The notes under the pieces were generated by a model, which was not told where the DNA came from, did no database searches, and saw only the letters and a list, made by a program, of their open reading frames with translations. Positions 1 through 9,035 of a stretch of DNA of 64,000 nt are shown here, in pieces. The stretch comes from an uncultured delta proteobacterium (lineage in GTDB: Bacteria > Myxococcota_A > Polyangia > Polyangiales > Polyangiaceae), in contig CAWDXG010000004.1 in the NCBI GenBank assembly GCA_963806225.1, positions 5,024,001 through 5,088,000 on the forward strand, in the 5' to 3' direction. The translations under genes and the position numbers were made by a program. Positions within the stretch are counted from its first letter, which is position 1, and the number at the start of each line of letters is the position of its first letter.

Positions 1-236
1 TGGGCGAGGTGGTCGGCGAGGTGGCGCTGGTCCTGCGCCGGCCCTCGAACGCGGACGTGATCGCCACCAATCCCACGGTGACGCTGCATCTGCCGCGGGA
101 TCGCTTCCTCGACTTGATCAAGCAGCACCCCGCCATCCTCGCCCAGCTCTACGAGCTTGCCGTCAAGCGCGACGAGGAAACGTCCAGCATCGTGGCCCAG
201 GAAGCTACCGACGCGAACGACTACGTGCTGATCTAG
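1..236 (+). CDS. Cyclic nucleotide-binding domain protein, C-terminal end (5' partial)
   Basis: GEVVGEVALVLRRPSNADVIA resembles the CAP/cNMP-binding motif; the ORF is open at the window edge. Confidence 0.75.
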   Translation, partial: GEVVGEVALVLRRPSNADVIATNPTVTLHLPRDRFLDLIKQHPAILAQLYELAVKRDEETSSIVAQEATDANDYVLI

Positions 237-258
237 CCGCAGGCGCCGTCGCCGTGAC

Positions 259-287
259 TTGACCCCCGTCCGGCTGGAGGCTAGAGC
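259..287 (+). promoter_or_regulatory. Putative sigma70-type promoter (TTGACC-N17-TAGAGC)
   Basis: -35/-10-like hexamers with a 17 nt spacer, ending 7 nt before ATG 295. Confidence 0.5.
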
Positions 288-294
288 CCCCGCC

Positions 295-888
295 ATGGTG
301 ATGGGTTCGATCCAGCGATTTCTGGGGGCGCTTCTTGCGGTCGCCGTGGTGTCGGTCTTTGCGACCAGCGCCCACGCGCAGACCAAGGTAGCGGTAGTCG
401 ATACGCAGCGCGCGATCATGGAGACCGAGGATGGGCTCCGCGCGCAGGCTACGCTGAAGAAGCTCTTCGACAGCCGCCAGCGGGAGCTCGACAAGAAGCA
501 ATCCGATCTGCAGAAGCAGCGTCAGGACATCGAGAAGCAGCGCAGCGTGCTCAGCAAGGCAGCCCTGCAGAAGCGCATGGAGTCGTGGCAGCGCGACATG
601 GTGCAGCTGCAGACGGTGTTCGTGGAGTACAACAAGGAGCTGCAGAAGAAGCAGAACGAGCTCACGCAGCCGATCTTCCAGCGCGCCATGACCATCATCC
701 GTCGCCTCGCTTCGCAGGAAGGCTACGACGTCGTAGTGGACAAGCAGGCCGTCCCCTACGTGCGCAGCGATCTGGATCTGACCGATCGCGTGATCCAGAT
801 GTACAACCAGGGCGGCAGCTCCTCGTCGACCGACAAGGGCAGCAAGAAGAAGCCCGCACCCAAGGCGCCGGCCAAGGGCAAGAAGTAA
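295..888 (+). CDS. skp: OmpH/Skp family periplasmic chaperone
   Basis: Signal peptide ending AHA-Q, KVAVVDTQRAI, long coiled coil, EGYDVVVD...DLTDRVI; directly upstream of lpxD. Confidence 0.9.
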   Translation: MVMGSIQRFLGALLAVAVVSVFATSAHAQTKVAVVDTQRAIMETEDGLRAQATLKKLFDSRQRELDKKQSDLQKQRQDIEKQRSVLSKAALQKRMESWQRDMVQLQTVFVEYNKELQKKQNELTQPIFQRAMTIIRRLASQEGYDVVVDKQAVPYVRSDLDLTDRVIQMYNQGGSSSSTDKGSKKKPAPKAPAKGKK

Positions 889-903
889 CGCCTGCGAGGC
901 GCC

Positions 904-1869
904 ATGACGGCTCCGGACCCGGGCCCCGCGCGACGCGGGATCGCGCTTCCGGAGCCGGAGCGGGTTGCGGATCTGGTCGAGCGCCTGGGGGGTGATGTCG
1001 ATCCCGGCGCGGCCGGCACGTGCATAGAGCGCATCGTCACGCCGGGGCAGGCGTCGGCGGCGGAGGAGCTCGTCGTGCTGAGCTCGGCGCGCCAGAGCGC
1101 TGCGGCGGCTCGGGCACCCGGCGTGGTGCTGTGCCGGAGCGATCTCGCCGCGCGGGTTCCGGCGGGGCGGCGCTGGCTGCACCCGCAGCCGATGTGGGTG
1201 GTCGCCGCGCTGCTGTCGTCGCTGTCCGGGCCGGATGCGATCAGCGGCCGGCACGAGACGGCTCGCGTGGAGCCCGGAGCGGAGCTCGCTCCGGATGTCG
1301 AGCTGGGCGCCGGAGCCGTGGTGCGCGCGGGCGCGCGCATTGGTCGTGGATCGCGCATTGGCGAAAATGCCGTGATCTACGGGCGCGTGGAGATCGGACA
1401 GCGTGTGGTGGTCGGTGCGCTTGCCGTGATCGGCCGCTCCGGTTTCGGCTGGGTCGAGGGTCCCGACGGCCTGGTGCGCGTGCCGCAGCTCGGAGGCGTC
1501 GTGATCGAGGACGACGCCGAAGTCGGGGCGCTCTGCAGCGTCGATTCGGGCACGCTCGGCCCGACCCGGGTCGGCCGCGGCGCTCGCCTCGACGCGCAGG
1601 TCCACGTCGGTCACAACGTGCGCATCGGCGCGGGCAGCCTGGTGGCGGCGCAATCGGGCTTCGCCGGCTCGGCGGACATCGGCGAGGGCGTGCTCGTCGG
1701 GGGCCAGGCGGGAGTCGCCGATCACGCGCGGATTGGCGCGGGCGCGCGCATTGCCGCCAAGAGCGGCGTGATCGGGGATGTACCGGCCGGGGCCGTCGTG
1801 GCAGGCTTCCCGGCGGTGTCGCGGGCACGCTGGATCCGTGCGATGGCCCGCGTGCTCAGGAAGGCGTGA
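904..1869 (+). CDS. lpxD: UDP-3-O-acylglucosamine N-acyltransferase
   Basis: Hexapeptide repeats, [28 protein letters not shown]; skp-lpxD-fabZ-lpxA order. Confidence 0.93.
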   Translation: MTAPDPGPARRGIALPEPERVADLVERLGGDVDPGAAGTCIERIVTPGQASAAEELVVLSSARQSAAAARAPGVVLCRSDLAARVPAGRRWLHPQPMWVVAALLSSLSGPDAISGRHETARVEPGAELAPDVELGAGAVVRAGARIGRGSRIGENAVIYGRVEIGQRVVVGALAVIGRSGFGWVEGPDGLVRVPQLGGVVIEDDAEVGALCSVDSGTLGPTRVGRGARLDAQVHVGHNVRIGAGSLVAAQSGFAGSADIGEGVLVGGQAGVADHARIGAGARIAAKSGVIGDVPAGAVVAGFPAVSRARWIRAMARVLRKA

Positions 1870-1879
1870 GTGGACGACA

Positions 1880-2344
1880 ATGAACGCCCGCGGCAAGAGC
1901 GTGAAGATCGAGATTCCGAAGATCCTCGAGATCCTCCCGCACCGTTATCCGTTCGTGCTGGTCGATCGGGTTACCGAGATCGTGCCGGGCGAGCTCATCC
2001 GCGGCCACAAGATGGTCAGCTACAACGAGCCCTGGTGCCAGGGCCACTTCCCGGGCCATCCCATCATGCCGGGCGTGCTCATCATCGAGGCGCTTGCGCA
2101 GATTGGAGGGATCCTCGCGTACGCGTCGGATCCCTTCGATTCCAGTTCGAGCCTGATGTACTTCCTGGGTATCGACAAGGCGAAGTTCCGCAACACGGTC
2201 ACGCCGGGCGATCGTCTCGACCTCGAAGTCCGGGTGCTCCACCACCGCTCGAACGTGTGGAAGCTCAAGGGGGAGGCCACCGTCGACGGTACGCTGTGCG
2301 CGAGCGGCGAGCTGCTCGCGTCGATCGTCGACCGCGAGACCTGA
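1880..2344 (+). CDS. fabZ: 3-hydroxyacyl-ACP dehydratase
   Basis: LPHRYPFVLVDRV and GHFPGHPIMPGVLIIEALAQ motifs. Confidence 0.97.
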   Translation: MNARGKSVKIEIPKILEILPHRYPFVLVDRVTEIVPGELIRGHKMVSYNEPWCQGHFPGHPIMPGVLIIEALAQIGGILAYASDPFDSSSSLMYFLGIDKAKFRNTVTPGDRLDLEVRVLHHRSNVWKLKGEATVDGTLCASGELLASIVDRET

Positions 2345-2345
2345 C

Positions 2346-3107
2346 GTGGCGACGGTACATCCGACGGCCGTGGTCGAGCCGGGCGCTGTGCTCGCGGAGG
2401 GCGTGAGTGTTGGCCCCCTGTGTTTCGTGGGGGCCGGCGTGGAGCTGGGCGAGGGGACCGAGCTCGTGGCCCAGGCGACCGTGCTGGGCCCTGCGCGGCT
2501 GGGGCGGCACAACCGCATCTTCCCGCACGCCACACTGGGCGCTCCGCCGCAGGATCGTTCCTTCGACGGCGAGGCGACGCGGCTCGAGATCGGCGACGAC
2601 AACGTGTTCCGCGAGCAGGCGACGGTTCACCGCGGCACCGCCAAGGGCGGCGGGGTGACGCACATCGGTTCGCGCTGTTTGTTCATGGTCGGTGCCCACG
2701 TGGCGCACGACTGCCGCGTGGGCGACGACGCGGTGCTGACGAACGTGGCGACGCTGGGCGGACACGTGGAGGTCCAGCCGAACGCGGTCCTGGGCGGGCT
2801 CGTCGCGGTGGCGCCCTTCGTGCGGCTGGGGCGCGCGTGCTTCATTGCGGGCGGCGCGAAGGTCGAGCGCGACGTGCCGCCTTTCACCATCGCCGCGGGC
2901 GACCGCGCGCGCGTGCGCGGACTGAATCGCGTGGGTCTTTCGCGGGCTGGCGTGCCCGATAGCTCGCAGCAGGCACTGCGCCGCGCCTACCGGATCATCT
3001 GGCGCTCCGGTGAGCCGCTGGTACGCGGCATCGCGGCGGCCCGCGCCGAGCTCGGCGATGATGCTTTCGTCGCGGAGCTCTGTGCGTTCCTCGACGAGCG
3101 GCGCTGA
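2346..3107 (+). CDS. lpxA: Acyl-ACP--UDP-N-acetylglucosamine O-acyltransferase
   Basis: VHPTAVV, PQD, TVHRGT, HVAHDC, DVPPF, GLNRVGL motifs. Confidence 0.95.
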   Translation: MATVHPTAVVEPGAVLAEGVSVGPLCFVGAGVELGEGTELVAQATVLGPARLGRHNRIFPHATLGAPPQDRSFDGEATRLEIGDDNVFREQATVHRGTAKGGGVTHIGSRCLFMVGAHVAHDCRVGDDAVLTNVATLGGHVEVQPNAVLGGLVAVAPFVRLGRACFIAGGAKVERDVPPFTIAAGDRARVRGLNRVGLSRAGVPDSSQQALRRAYRIIWRSGEPLVRGIAAARAELGDDAFVAELCAFLDERR

Positions 3108-3119
3108 GCGTTTGGCGCG

Positions 3120-4232
3120 TCAGTAGCAGTAGCCGATCTCGGTCGGACCGGCGTACTCGGGATTCACGAAGGAATAGCAGGTGTAGAGCGGCGGGCAGTC
3201 GTTCATGCCCACGCGGCAGAACTGGTAGCAGTCGTTGAACAAGCCGTCGTTCAGGCACACGTAGCCCGCCGCGCACTGCGTCTGATCGGGATTGTAGTTG
3301 GGGTCGTCGCAGTATCCGCCCTGCGTGCCGCTGCCCGTCGGCCCGAGACAGCCGCTGGCGCCGCTGGTGCTCGGGAAGCAGTTGATGTTCGGACCGCAGG
3401 CGCCGTAGGGCCCGCTGGACGTGCCAGGGCTGACCGGATTGCACGTGTGCGTGCACGTGTACAGCCCGGGAATGGGATTGCCGCCGGACGAGATGCCGCC
3501 GCACTCGGAGTACTGATCCGGGCACGCTGCGCCGGAAGGATCGCACATCAGCGAGCAGTTGCCGTCGACGCAGGTGTAGCCCGCCTGGCACTGCCCGCTG
3601 CCGCTGCCGGTGCAGGCGTAGTTGGCCGGAGTGTTGCCCGTCGCGACGCAGCTCGTCGCGCCCGTCGAGTAGTTCGTCACCATGCAGTTTTCGCCAGGGC
3701 AGCCGCATTGCGGAGCCGTGTCGCAGCTGCCCACGCCGGCCGGCGGAGTACATCCGGCGCCGCCGGCGCCGCCGGTTCCGCCGGTTCCACTGGTTCCGCT
3801 GGTTCCGCCGGTTCCGCTGGTTCCGCCGGTTCCGCTGGTTCCGCTGGTTCCGCCGGTTCCGCTGGTTCCGCCGGTTCCGCTGGTTCCGCCGGTTCCGCTG
3901 GTTCCGCCGGTTCCGCCGGTTCCGCCGGTTCCGCTGGTGCCGCTGGTTCCGCCGGTTCCGCTGGTTCCGCCGGTTCCGCTGGTTCCGCCGGTTCCGCCGG
4001 TTCCGCCGGTTCCGCTGGTTCCGCCGGTTCCGCCGGTTCCGCCGGTTCCGCCGGTTCCGCTGGTGCCGCTGGTTCCCGAGCCACCCGTCGCGCCGGAGCC
4101 ACCCGCGGCGCTACCGCCGCTCGCGCCGGACCCCCCCGTGCCGTAGTCGGGAGACGTGACGCCCTGCGACTGCGCGCACGCCACCGCCGTCACCAGCACG
4201 GCGAGATTGGCGGCAACACGGATTGGCTTCAC
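3120..4232 (-). CDS. Lipoprotein with long Gly/Thr/Ser linker and Cys-rich C-terminal domain
   Basis: Lipobox AVAC, (GGT/SGT)n linker, many Cys in the C-terminal region. Confidence 0.85.
   Translation of the reverse strand: MKPIRVAANLAVLVTAVACAQSQGVTSPDYGTGGSGASGGSAAGGSGATGGSGTSGTSGTGGTGGTGGTGGTSGTGGTGGTGGTSGTGGTSGTGGTSGTSGTGGTGGTGGTSGTGGTSGTGGTSGTGGTSGTSGTGGTSGTGGTSGTSGTGGTGGAGGAGCTPPAGVGSCDTAPQCGCPGENCMVTNYSTGATSCVATGNTPANYACTGSGSGQCQAGYTCVDGNCSLMCDPSGAACPDQYSECGGISSGGNPIPGLYTCTHTCNPVSPGTSSGPYGACGPNINCFPSTSGASGCLGPTGSGTQGGYCDDPNYNPDQTQCAAGYVCLNDGLFNDCYQFCRVGMNDCPPLYTCYSFVNPEYAGPTEIGYCY
3772..4077. repeat. 9-bp tandem repeat (CCGGTTCCG / CTGGTTCCG), about 34 units
   Basis: Directly visible; encodes GGT/SGT tripeptides on the minus strand. 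Confidence 0.95.
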
Positions 4233-4247
4233 GCTGGCCCCCTACGG

Positions 4248-7161
4248 CTACTTGGTGTCGAACAGATCGTCGAACACGCGATCGAACTCGTCGTCGTCGT
4301 TGACCGCTCTCGCGGCGGCAGGCGCGGGCGCCTGATCGGGCTCCAGCGCTGCGATGCGGTCCTTCACGTCCCTGTAGCCTGGATCGCGGCGAGCGATCTT
4401 CTTGAAGTAGTAGATCGCTTCCTCGTCGCTATTCTTCATCTCGTAGACGTTGCCGAGATCGTAGTACAGGCTCATCTCCTGCTCGACGGTCTTGACCTTC
4501 GCGTCGAGCCCACGAATGTACGCTTCAGCAGCCTTGTCGAGCGCGTTCTGCTCGAGATGGATCATGCCGACCATTGCGAAGCACATGCATTCGCGCGTGG
4601 AGTCGCGCGCTGCCAGCTCGAACTCGTTGACGGCGTCGGCAAGCAGGCCCATCTCCTTGTAGGCCACGCCCAGGTCGTAGTGCGTCGAGCTGTCGCTCTC
4701 GGACACCTGTGCCCGGACGCCCTCCTTGAACTTGGCGAACACCTGGTCGACGTCGACCTCCTGTTCGGCGTTCGCGAAGGACCGGGCTTCCGGTTGGATG
4801 TTGCTGACCTCGAGGTCGTCGAGCGCGTCCAGCGCGTCGAGTGATGCCGCGATGTCGAATGCGTGATCTTCCTCCACCGGTTCGCTGGTCGTCGCACCGA
4901 GCTGCGAGCGTTCGATGGTGCGACTCTCGCCCGCGCCCGCGAGCGCTTGCTCCACGTCCTGCAGGCGCTCAAGCACGAGCGGATGTTTCGGCGTGCGCGA
5001 AAGCTGGTCGGTGAGGATTGCTTTCGCGTCGTCGTACAGGCCGCGGGAGGCAAAGAAGTCCGCCTCTTCCAGCACCTCCTCGATGGCTTCGCTCGGTTCC
5101 GGGCCAGCGGCGGGGATCTCGGTATCGGGCGCGCTGCCGAGCGTGTGAGCGGTGTAGTCCGTGCCGGCAGCTGCGCTCGGGCCCGCGTCGGCGTACTCCG
5201 GCTCGATGTACTCGGGTTCGGCGTACTCGGGTTCGGCGTACTCGGGTTCGGCGTACTCGGGTTCGGCGTCCTCGGGCTCGATGTAGTCGGGTTCGACGTA
5301 CTCGGGCTCGGCGAAGGCGGGCTCGGCGAAGGCGGGCTCGCCGTGCAGCGTGGTCCCCTCTTCGTCGCGCTCGAAAGACGGAAGCGGACCGCTGTCTGTG
5401 GCTTCCGGCTCGTCGAGCCCGGCCATCAGATCGTCCTCTTCCCCTCCCAGTGGGAAGCTGGGCAGCGGGCCTTCCTCGCCAAACGGCGCATCCAGCGCTG
5501 CGGTCGCGAACGGATCGTCGGGCTCCGGCTGCGCGATGTCGTCGGGGCGCTGCCGCTCCTGCTCGGGATGGCCGGCGGCGAGCGCCTGGGAAGGCCCGAC
5601 TTCTTCGAGGTCGTAGGACGGCAGTGGGGCGCTCGGGTCGTAGCCCTGCCGCGGGTAGCCTGCCTCTTCGAAGGCCCGCGCTTGCGCAGCGTGTCCGGCG
5701 TGGCCGTTCGAGAGCTGTTCGAGCATCTCCAGCGCCGCAGGATGTTCGGGCTCCATGTCGAGCACGTCGTACAGGAGCATCTCGGCGCGTTCGCCGTCTC
5801 CGATATCGAGAAGCATCGCCGCCAGAGTGATGCCTTCGCCGATGGCGCCGTCGCGGTCGCCCGCCTCGGAGAGGATTTCCCGGAGCTTTTCCCGGATGTC
5901 GATCGAGCCGGGATCGATCTCGAGCGCGATGCGCAGGGTTTCGATCGCCTTGGAGTAGAGGCGTAGCTTGCGGAACGATTCCGCGTCGATGACGGCCTTG
6001 CGGGCGTGGCCTTCCGCGTCGAAGGACTCGACGCTGCCGTACTCCTCCGCCCCCTCGAATCCTTCGTCGACGACGACCTCCGGACCGCTCGTCATCGGTG
6101 CGCGCGCTGCCTGATGCTGCAGCTCGAACGGCGCCTCCTCGATCGTGAGCTCGGGCGCTTCCTCGATCAGCTCCACGTCGGCATCGATGCTGACCGCGCT
6201 GGTCTGGCTCTGTTGCGTCGGATGAGCTGTGGACGGCGGGAGGTTGGCGAGCGCTTCGACCTGCTCGTCGCCGGGTGCCACGCGCTGCAGGTGCTCGACG
6301 AGCTTCTCGAAGAGCTCGTCGCGCCCCTGCTCTCGCGCGATGCGCGCCATCTCCTTGTAGACCTCGATCGACTTCGTTTCCTGGCCGATCGTCGTGAACG
6401 CCTGCGCCAGGAGCTCCAGCGTCTCGAGGTTCTTCGGGTCTGCCTGGAAGCAGATCTGCAGCCGTTGCAGGGCCTGCATGCCCGCTTCCCGGTTGCTCTT
6501 CTCGAGGTAGAGCTCGGCGGCGACCTTCGCGTACTTGCGCATCCTGCCGGAAATGCAGGATGCGCTCGATCACCTTGAGCGCGTCGTCGCGACGCTGCAG
6601 CTTCAGCAGCAGCTCCGCTGCCGCCCAGAACGAGTCGATCGCCTCGTCCAGGCTCTGCACGCGGCAGCACGCTTCGGCCAGCCGGAGATGCGGCAGCGGA
6701 TTGGTCGCGTCGAGCACGACCATCTTGCGGAAGATCTCGATCGCATCCCGGTCGCGTCCCCCGCGCTGCAGCCGCGTCGCGACCTCGTCGTACGCCGCCA
6801 GCGCGTCGCTCGTGAGCCCCAGCTGGGTGTAGATGTCCGCGAGCCTGGGAACGATGTGCCCGTAGCGATCGGCAAGCTCGGGGGCATGCTTGCGGATCAG
6901 CTCGCGGATCTGCTTGTAGACCGCGATTGCCTTGAGCGCGAAGCCCTGTTCCGCGTAGTAGTGTCCGACGCGATCGTAGGTGGCAATGGCCTCGGCATAG
7001 GCCTGCATGCGTGCTTGCAGGTCGCCGATCTTCAGTAGTGTGCGAGCGTCGTTCGGGTCCCGCTGAACGATCTTCTGGTACTCCTCGATAGCCTTGTCGA
7101 AGCGGCGCTTGTCGACGTGCCGCTGCGCAGACTGGAGGATCTTCTCGCGTTCGTTGGACAC
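4248..7161 (-). CDS. sgmX: SgmX-like TPR protein (type IV pilus / social motility), split by a +1 frameshift near 6540
   Basis: N-terminal TPRs (FDKAIEEYQKI, GFALKAIAVYKQ) in ORF 4969..7194 continue into ORF 4248..6542, which has an acidic linker and C-terminal TPRs (VFAKFKEGV...THYDLGVAYKEMGL); SgmX match is from recall. Confidence 0.7.
5190..5342. repeat. 15-bp tandem repeats encoding EPEYA/EPAFA pentapeptides
   Basis: CTCGGGTTCGGCGTA repeated at 5211-5270, with degenerate flanking copies. Confidence 0.85.
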
Positions 7162-7207
7162 TTTGGGATGATCCGACCGTGGCCTGGAAGCCACTCGGAA
7201 GCGCCAA

Positions 7208-7237
7208 ATCCTACAAGATAACGGGAAGTTCCGTCAA
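7208..7237 (-). promoter_or_regulatory. Putative sigma70 promoter of the TPR gene (TTGACG-N18-TAGGAT)
   Basis: Near-consensus hexamers in an AT-richer intergenic stretch. Confidence 0.6.
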
Positions 7238-7274
7238 GTCAAGGCGCGCCGCCGGGAGGCGCGTTCCGGCCTCG

Positions 7275-7694
7275 CTAGAACGGGCGCCGGATGACGAAGA
7301 AGACGGCCGCGGCAGCGGAGAGCAACAGGATAACCGCTAGCGTCGTTGCCGGTCCGGCGTCGTCCTTGTCGCCGTTTGCCATCCGCTTCGCTCGACCGCC
7401 AATCACGTGGTGAAGCGCGATAACCACCAGTGCAAACAGCAGCTTGGCGTGCATCCACTTGGACTGGACGAAGTAGGTGTCCAGGTTCAGCAGCAGGCGG
7501 GCCACGCCGGCGCTGAAAGAAATGATGAAGGCCGGGACCGCGAGCTTGCGGTAGACGCCGAGGCCGATCTGCCCGCGCTCCGTTGGCGTGCCCGGCTTGG
7601 CCGCGAGAATGTAGGCGACGGCCAGGATCGAGCCGATCCATACGAGATTCGCGGTGACGTGGGCGATGACAAGGGCTGTCCGGATGCCGTCCAC
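7275..7694 (-). CDS. hemJ: HemJ (UPF0093)/CopD-like membrane protein, putative protoporphyrinogen oxidase
   Basis: Four TM segments, AHVTANLVWIG, WMHAKL, C-terminal RRPF; it is the real 3' end of shadow ORF 7275..10502. Confidence 0.7.
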   Translation of the reverse strand: MDGIRTALVIAHVTANLVWIGSILAVAYILAAKPGTPTERGQIGLGVYRKLAVPAFIISFSAGVARLLLNLDTYFVQSKWMHAKLLFALVVIALHHVIGGRAKRMANGDKDDAGPATTLAVILLLSAAAAVFFVIRRPF

Positions 7695-7840
7695 GCGAGG
7701 GAACCTAACGGTGTTTCGCGACAGACGCACCCGCAATCGCGGTGCGGCCAACGCCGGGCGCACCGGCGCAGGCTTTGACGCATTGCGTTGCGCGCGCTGC
7801 GGTGGTGGCCTTTCCTGTCCGGCAGGAAACGCGGCAGCTT

Positions 7841-8842
7841 TCAGCAGGGCTTGTGTCGTTCCTGCTGGCCGACGCTCGCCGCAGGCCGCGTGACCGCCTG
7901 CGGCGTGCTCTGGACGGCTTCCGGATGGACGGAGAGCGGCCGCGTCCAGGCGTCCCGGAGGCCGTAGCGGTCGCGGATCCACTCGAGCTCGTCCAGCACA
8001 CGGTGCGCGGCAGAGAAGCGGTACCTGCGGTCTCGACACAAGGCACGCATCAACAGCCGTTCGAGCTCGATGGGGCAGCTCTCCCGGAGGGCCCGTGGCG
8101 GGACCACCGGATCGCGCAGCTTGGCGATCATCAATTCCCGGTCGCTGTCGGCGGAGAACGGAAGTCGACCGGTGAGCGCCTGGTACAGGACGACCCCCGC
8201 GGAGTACAGGTCGGTCCGCAGATCCACTGCCTCCCCCTGCGCCTGTTCGGGCGACATGTATTCGGGTGTGCCCACGACAACGTCCGCCCGCGCGGCCTTT
8301 CGCCAGCTTCCCTTGCGGACGCCGACGGAGATGCCGAAGTCGACGAGGTGCGCGTAGAGTCCGGGCGCCTCTCCCTCGACGAGCAGGTTCTGCGGCTTCA
8401 CGTCGCAGTGCACCAGGTCCGCGGAATGCACCGCGTGCAGCGCGGACAGCATCTGGCAGCCCAGGGCCACCACGGTGGGGAGCGAGAGCGGCCCGCCCGC
8501 CAGATGCTCCGCGAGCGGACGGCCGCGCAGTAGCTCGAGCACCATGAACCGCGAGCCGTCGCGGAGCGTTCCGATGCGGTAGAGCTTGGGCACGTGGGGG
8601 CTGTCGATCCGCGCATACGCGGCGGCCTCCACTTCGAACGCCTCGAGCGCGCGGTCGGTGTCGTCGAGCGGACGGTGTACGACCTTCAGCGCAACGCGGT
8701 TCGGTTCGCGCTCGTCCTCGGCCTCGTACACCTCGCACGCCGTGCCGGTCGCGACCAGGCGCCGGATCCGGTAGCGGTTGGCTACGCGGGCTCCCGGGAC
8801 CAGCCGGGGGGCGGGTGCTGCCGTGGATGTCGCAACTTGCAT
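7841..8842 (-). CDS. Ser/Thr protein kinase (Hanks type), soluble
   Basis: VALK, HCDVKPQN, DFG, GTPEYMSPE, DLYSAG; degenerate Gly-loop. Confidence 0.9.
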   Translation of the reverse strand: MQVATSTAAPAPRLVPGARVANRYRIRRLVATGTACEVYEAEDEREPNRVALKVVHRPLDDTDRALEAFEVEAAAYARIDSPHVPKLYRIGTLRDGSRFMVLELLRGRPLAEHLAGGPLSLPTVVALGCQMLSALHAVHSADLVHCDVKPQNLLVEGEAPGLYAHLVDFGISVGVRKGSWRKAARADVVVGTPEYMSPEQAQGEAVDLRTDLYSAGVVLYQALTGRLPFSADSDRELMIAKLRDPVVPPRALRESCPIELERLLMRALCRDRRYRFSAAHRVLDELEWIRDRYGLRDAWTRPLSVHPEAVQSTPQAVTRPAASVGQQERHKPC

Positions 8843-8876
8843 TGGATTTGCGCCGGATTGGCCCGGGGCAAGGCGA

Positions 8877-8892
8877 TGCACGGCGCGTGCCG
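8877..8892 (-). promoter_or_regulatory. Putative sigma54 promoter (CGGCACGCGCCGTGCA)
   Basis: GG-N10-GC spacing with GGCACG and TGCA, about 35 nt upstream of the kinase ATG. Confidence 0.45.
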
Positions 8893-9035
8893 CGCCCCGG
8901 GAGCCATTCCGGCCCCGAAAGCCGGGGCTGGCGGCGCCGCTGGTGGTGCGATTTGGCACGAGCCCGGGGGCCGGCGTTCCAGAATGCCGCACCGCTGGCT
9001 TGCGACGCCCCGTGGTCGGCTGCATGGTCAGCCCG

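Noticed and set aside
3677..4146. (PAE)n and (PPV/PLV)n ORFs, and a possible CRISPR-like array
   Set aside because: Alternate frames of the 9-bp coding repeat; no unique spacers and no cas genes
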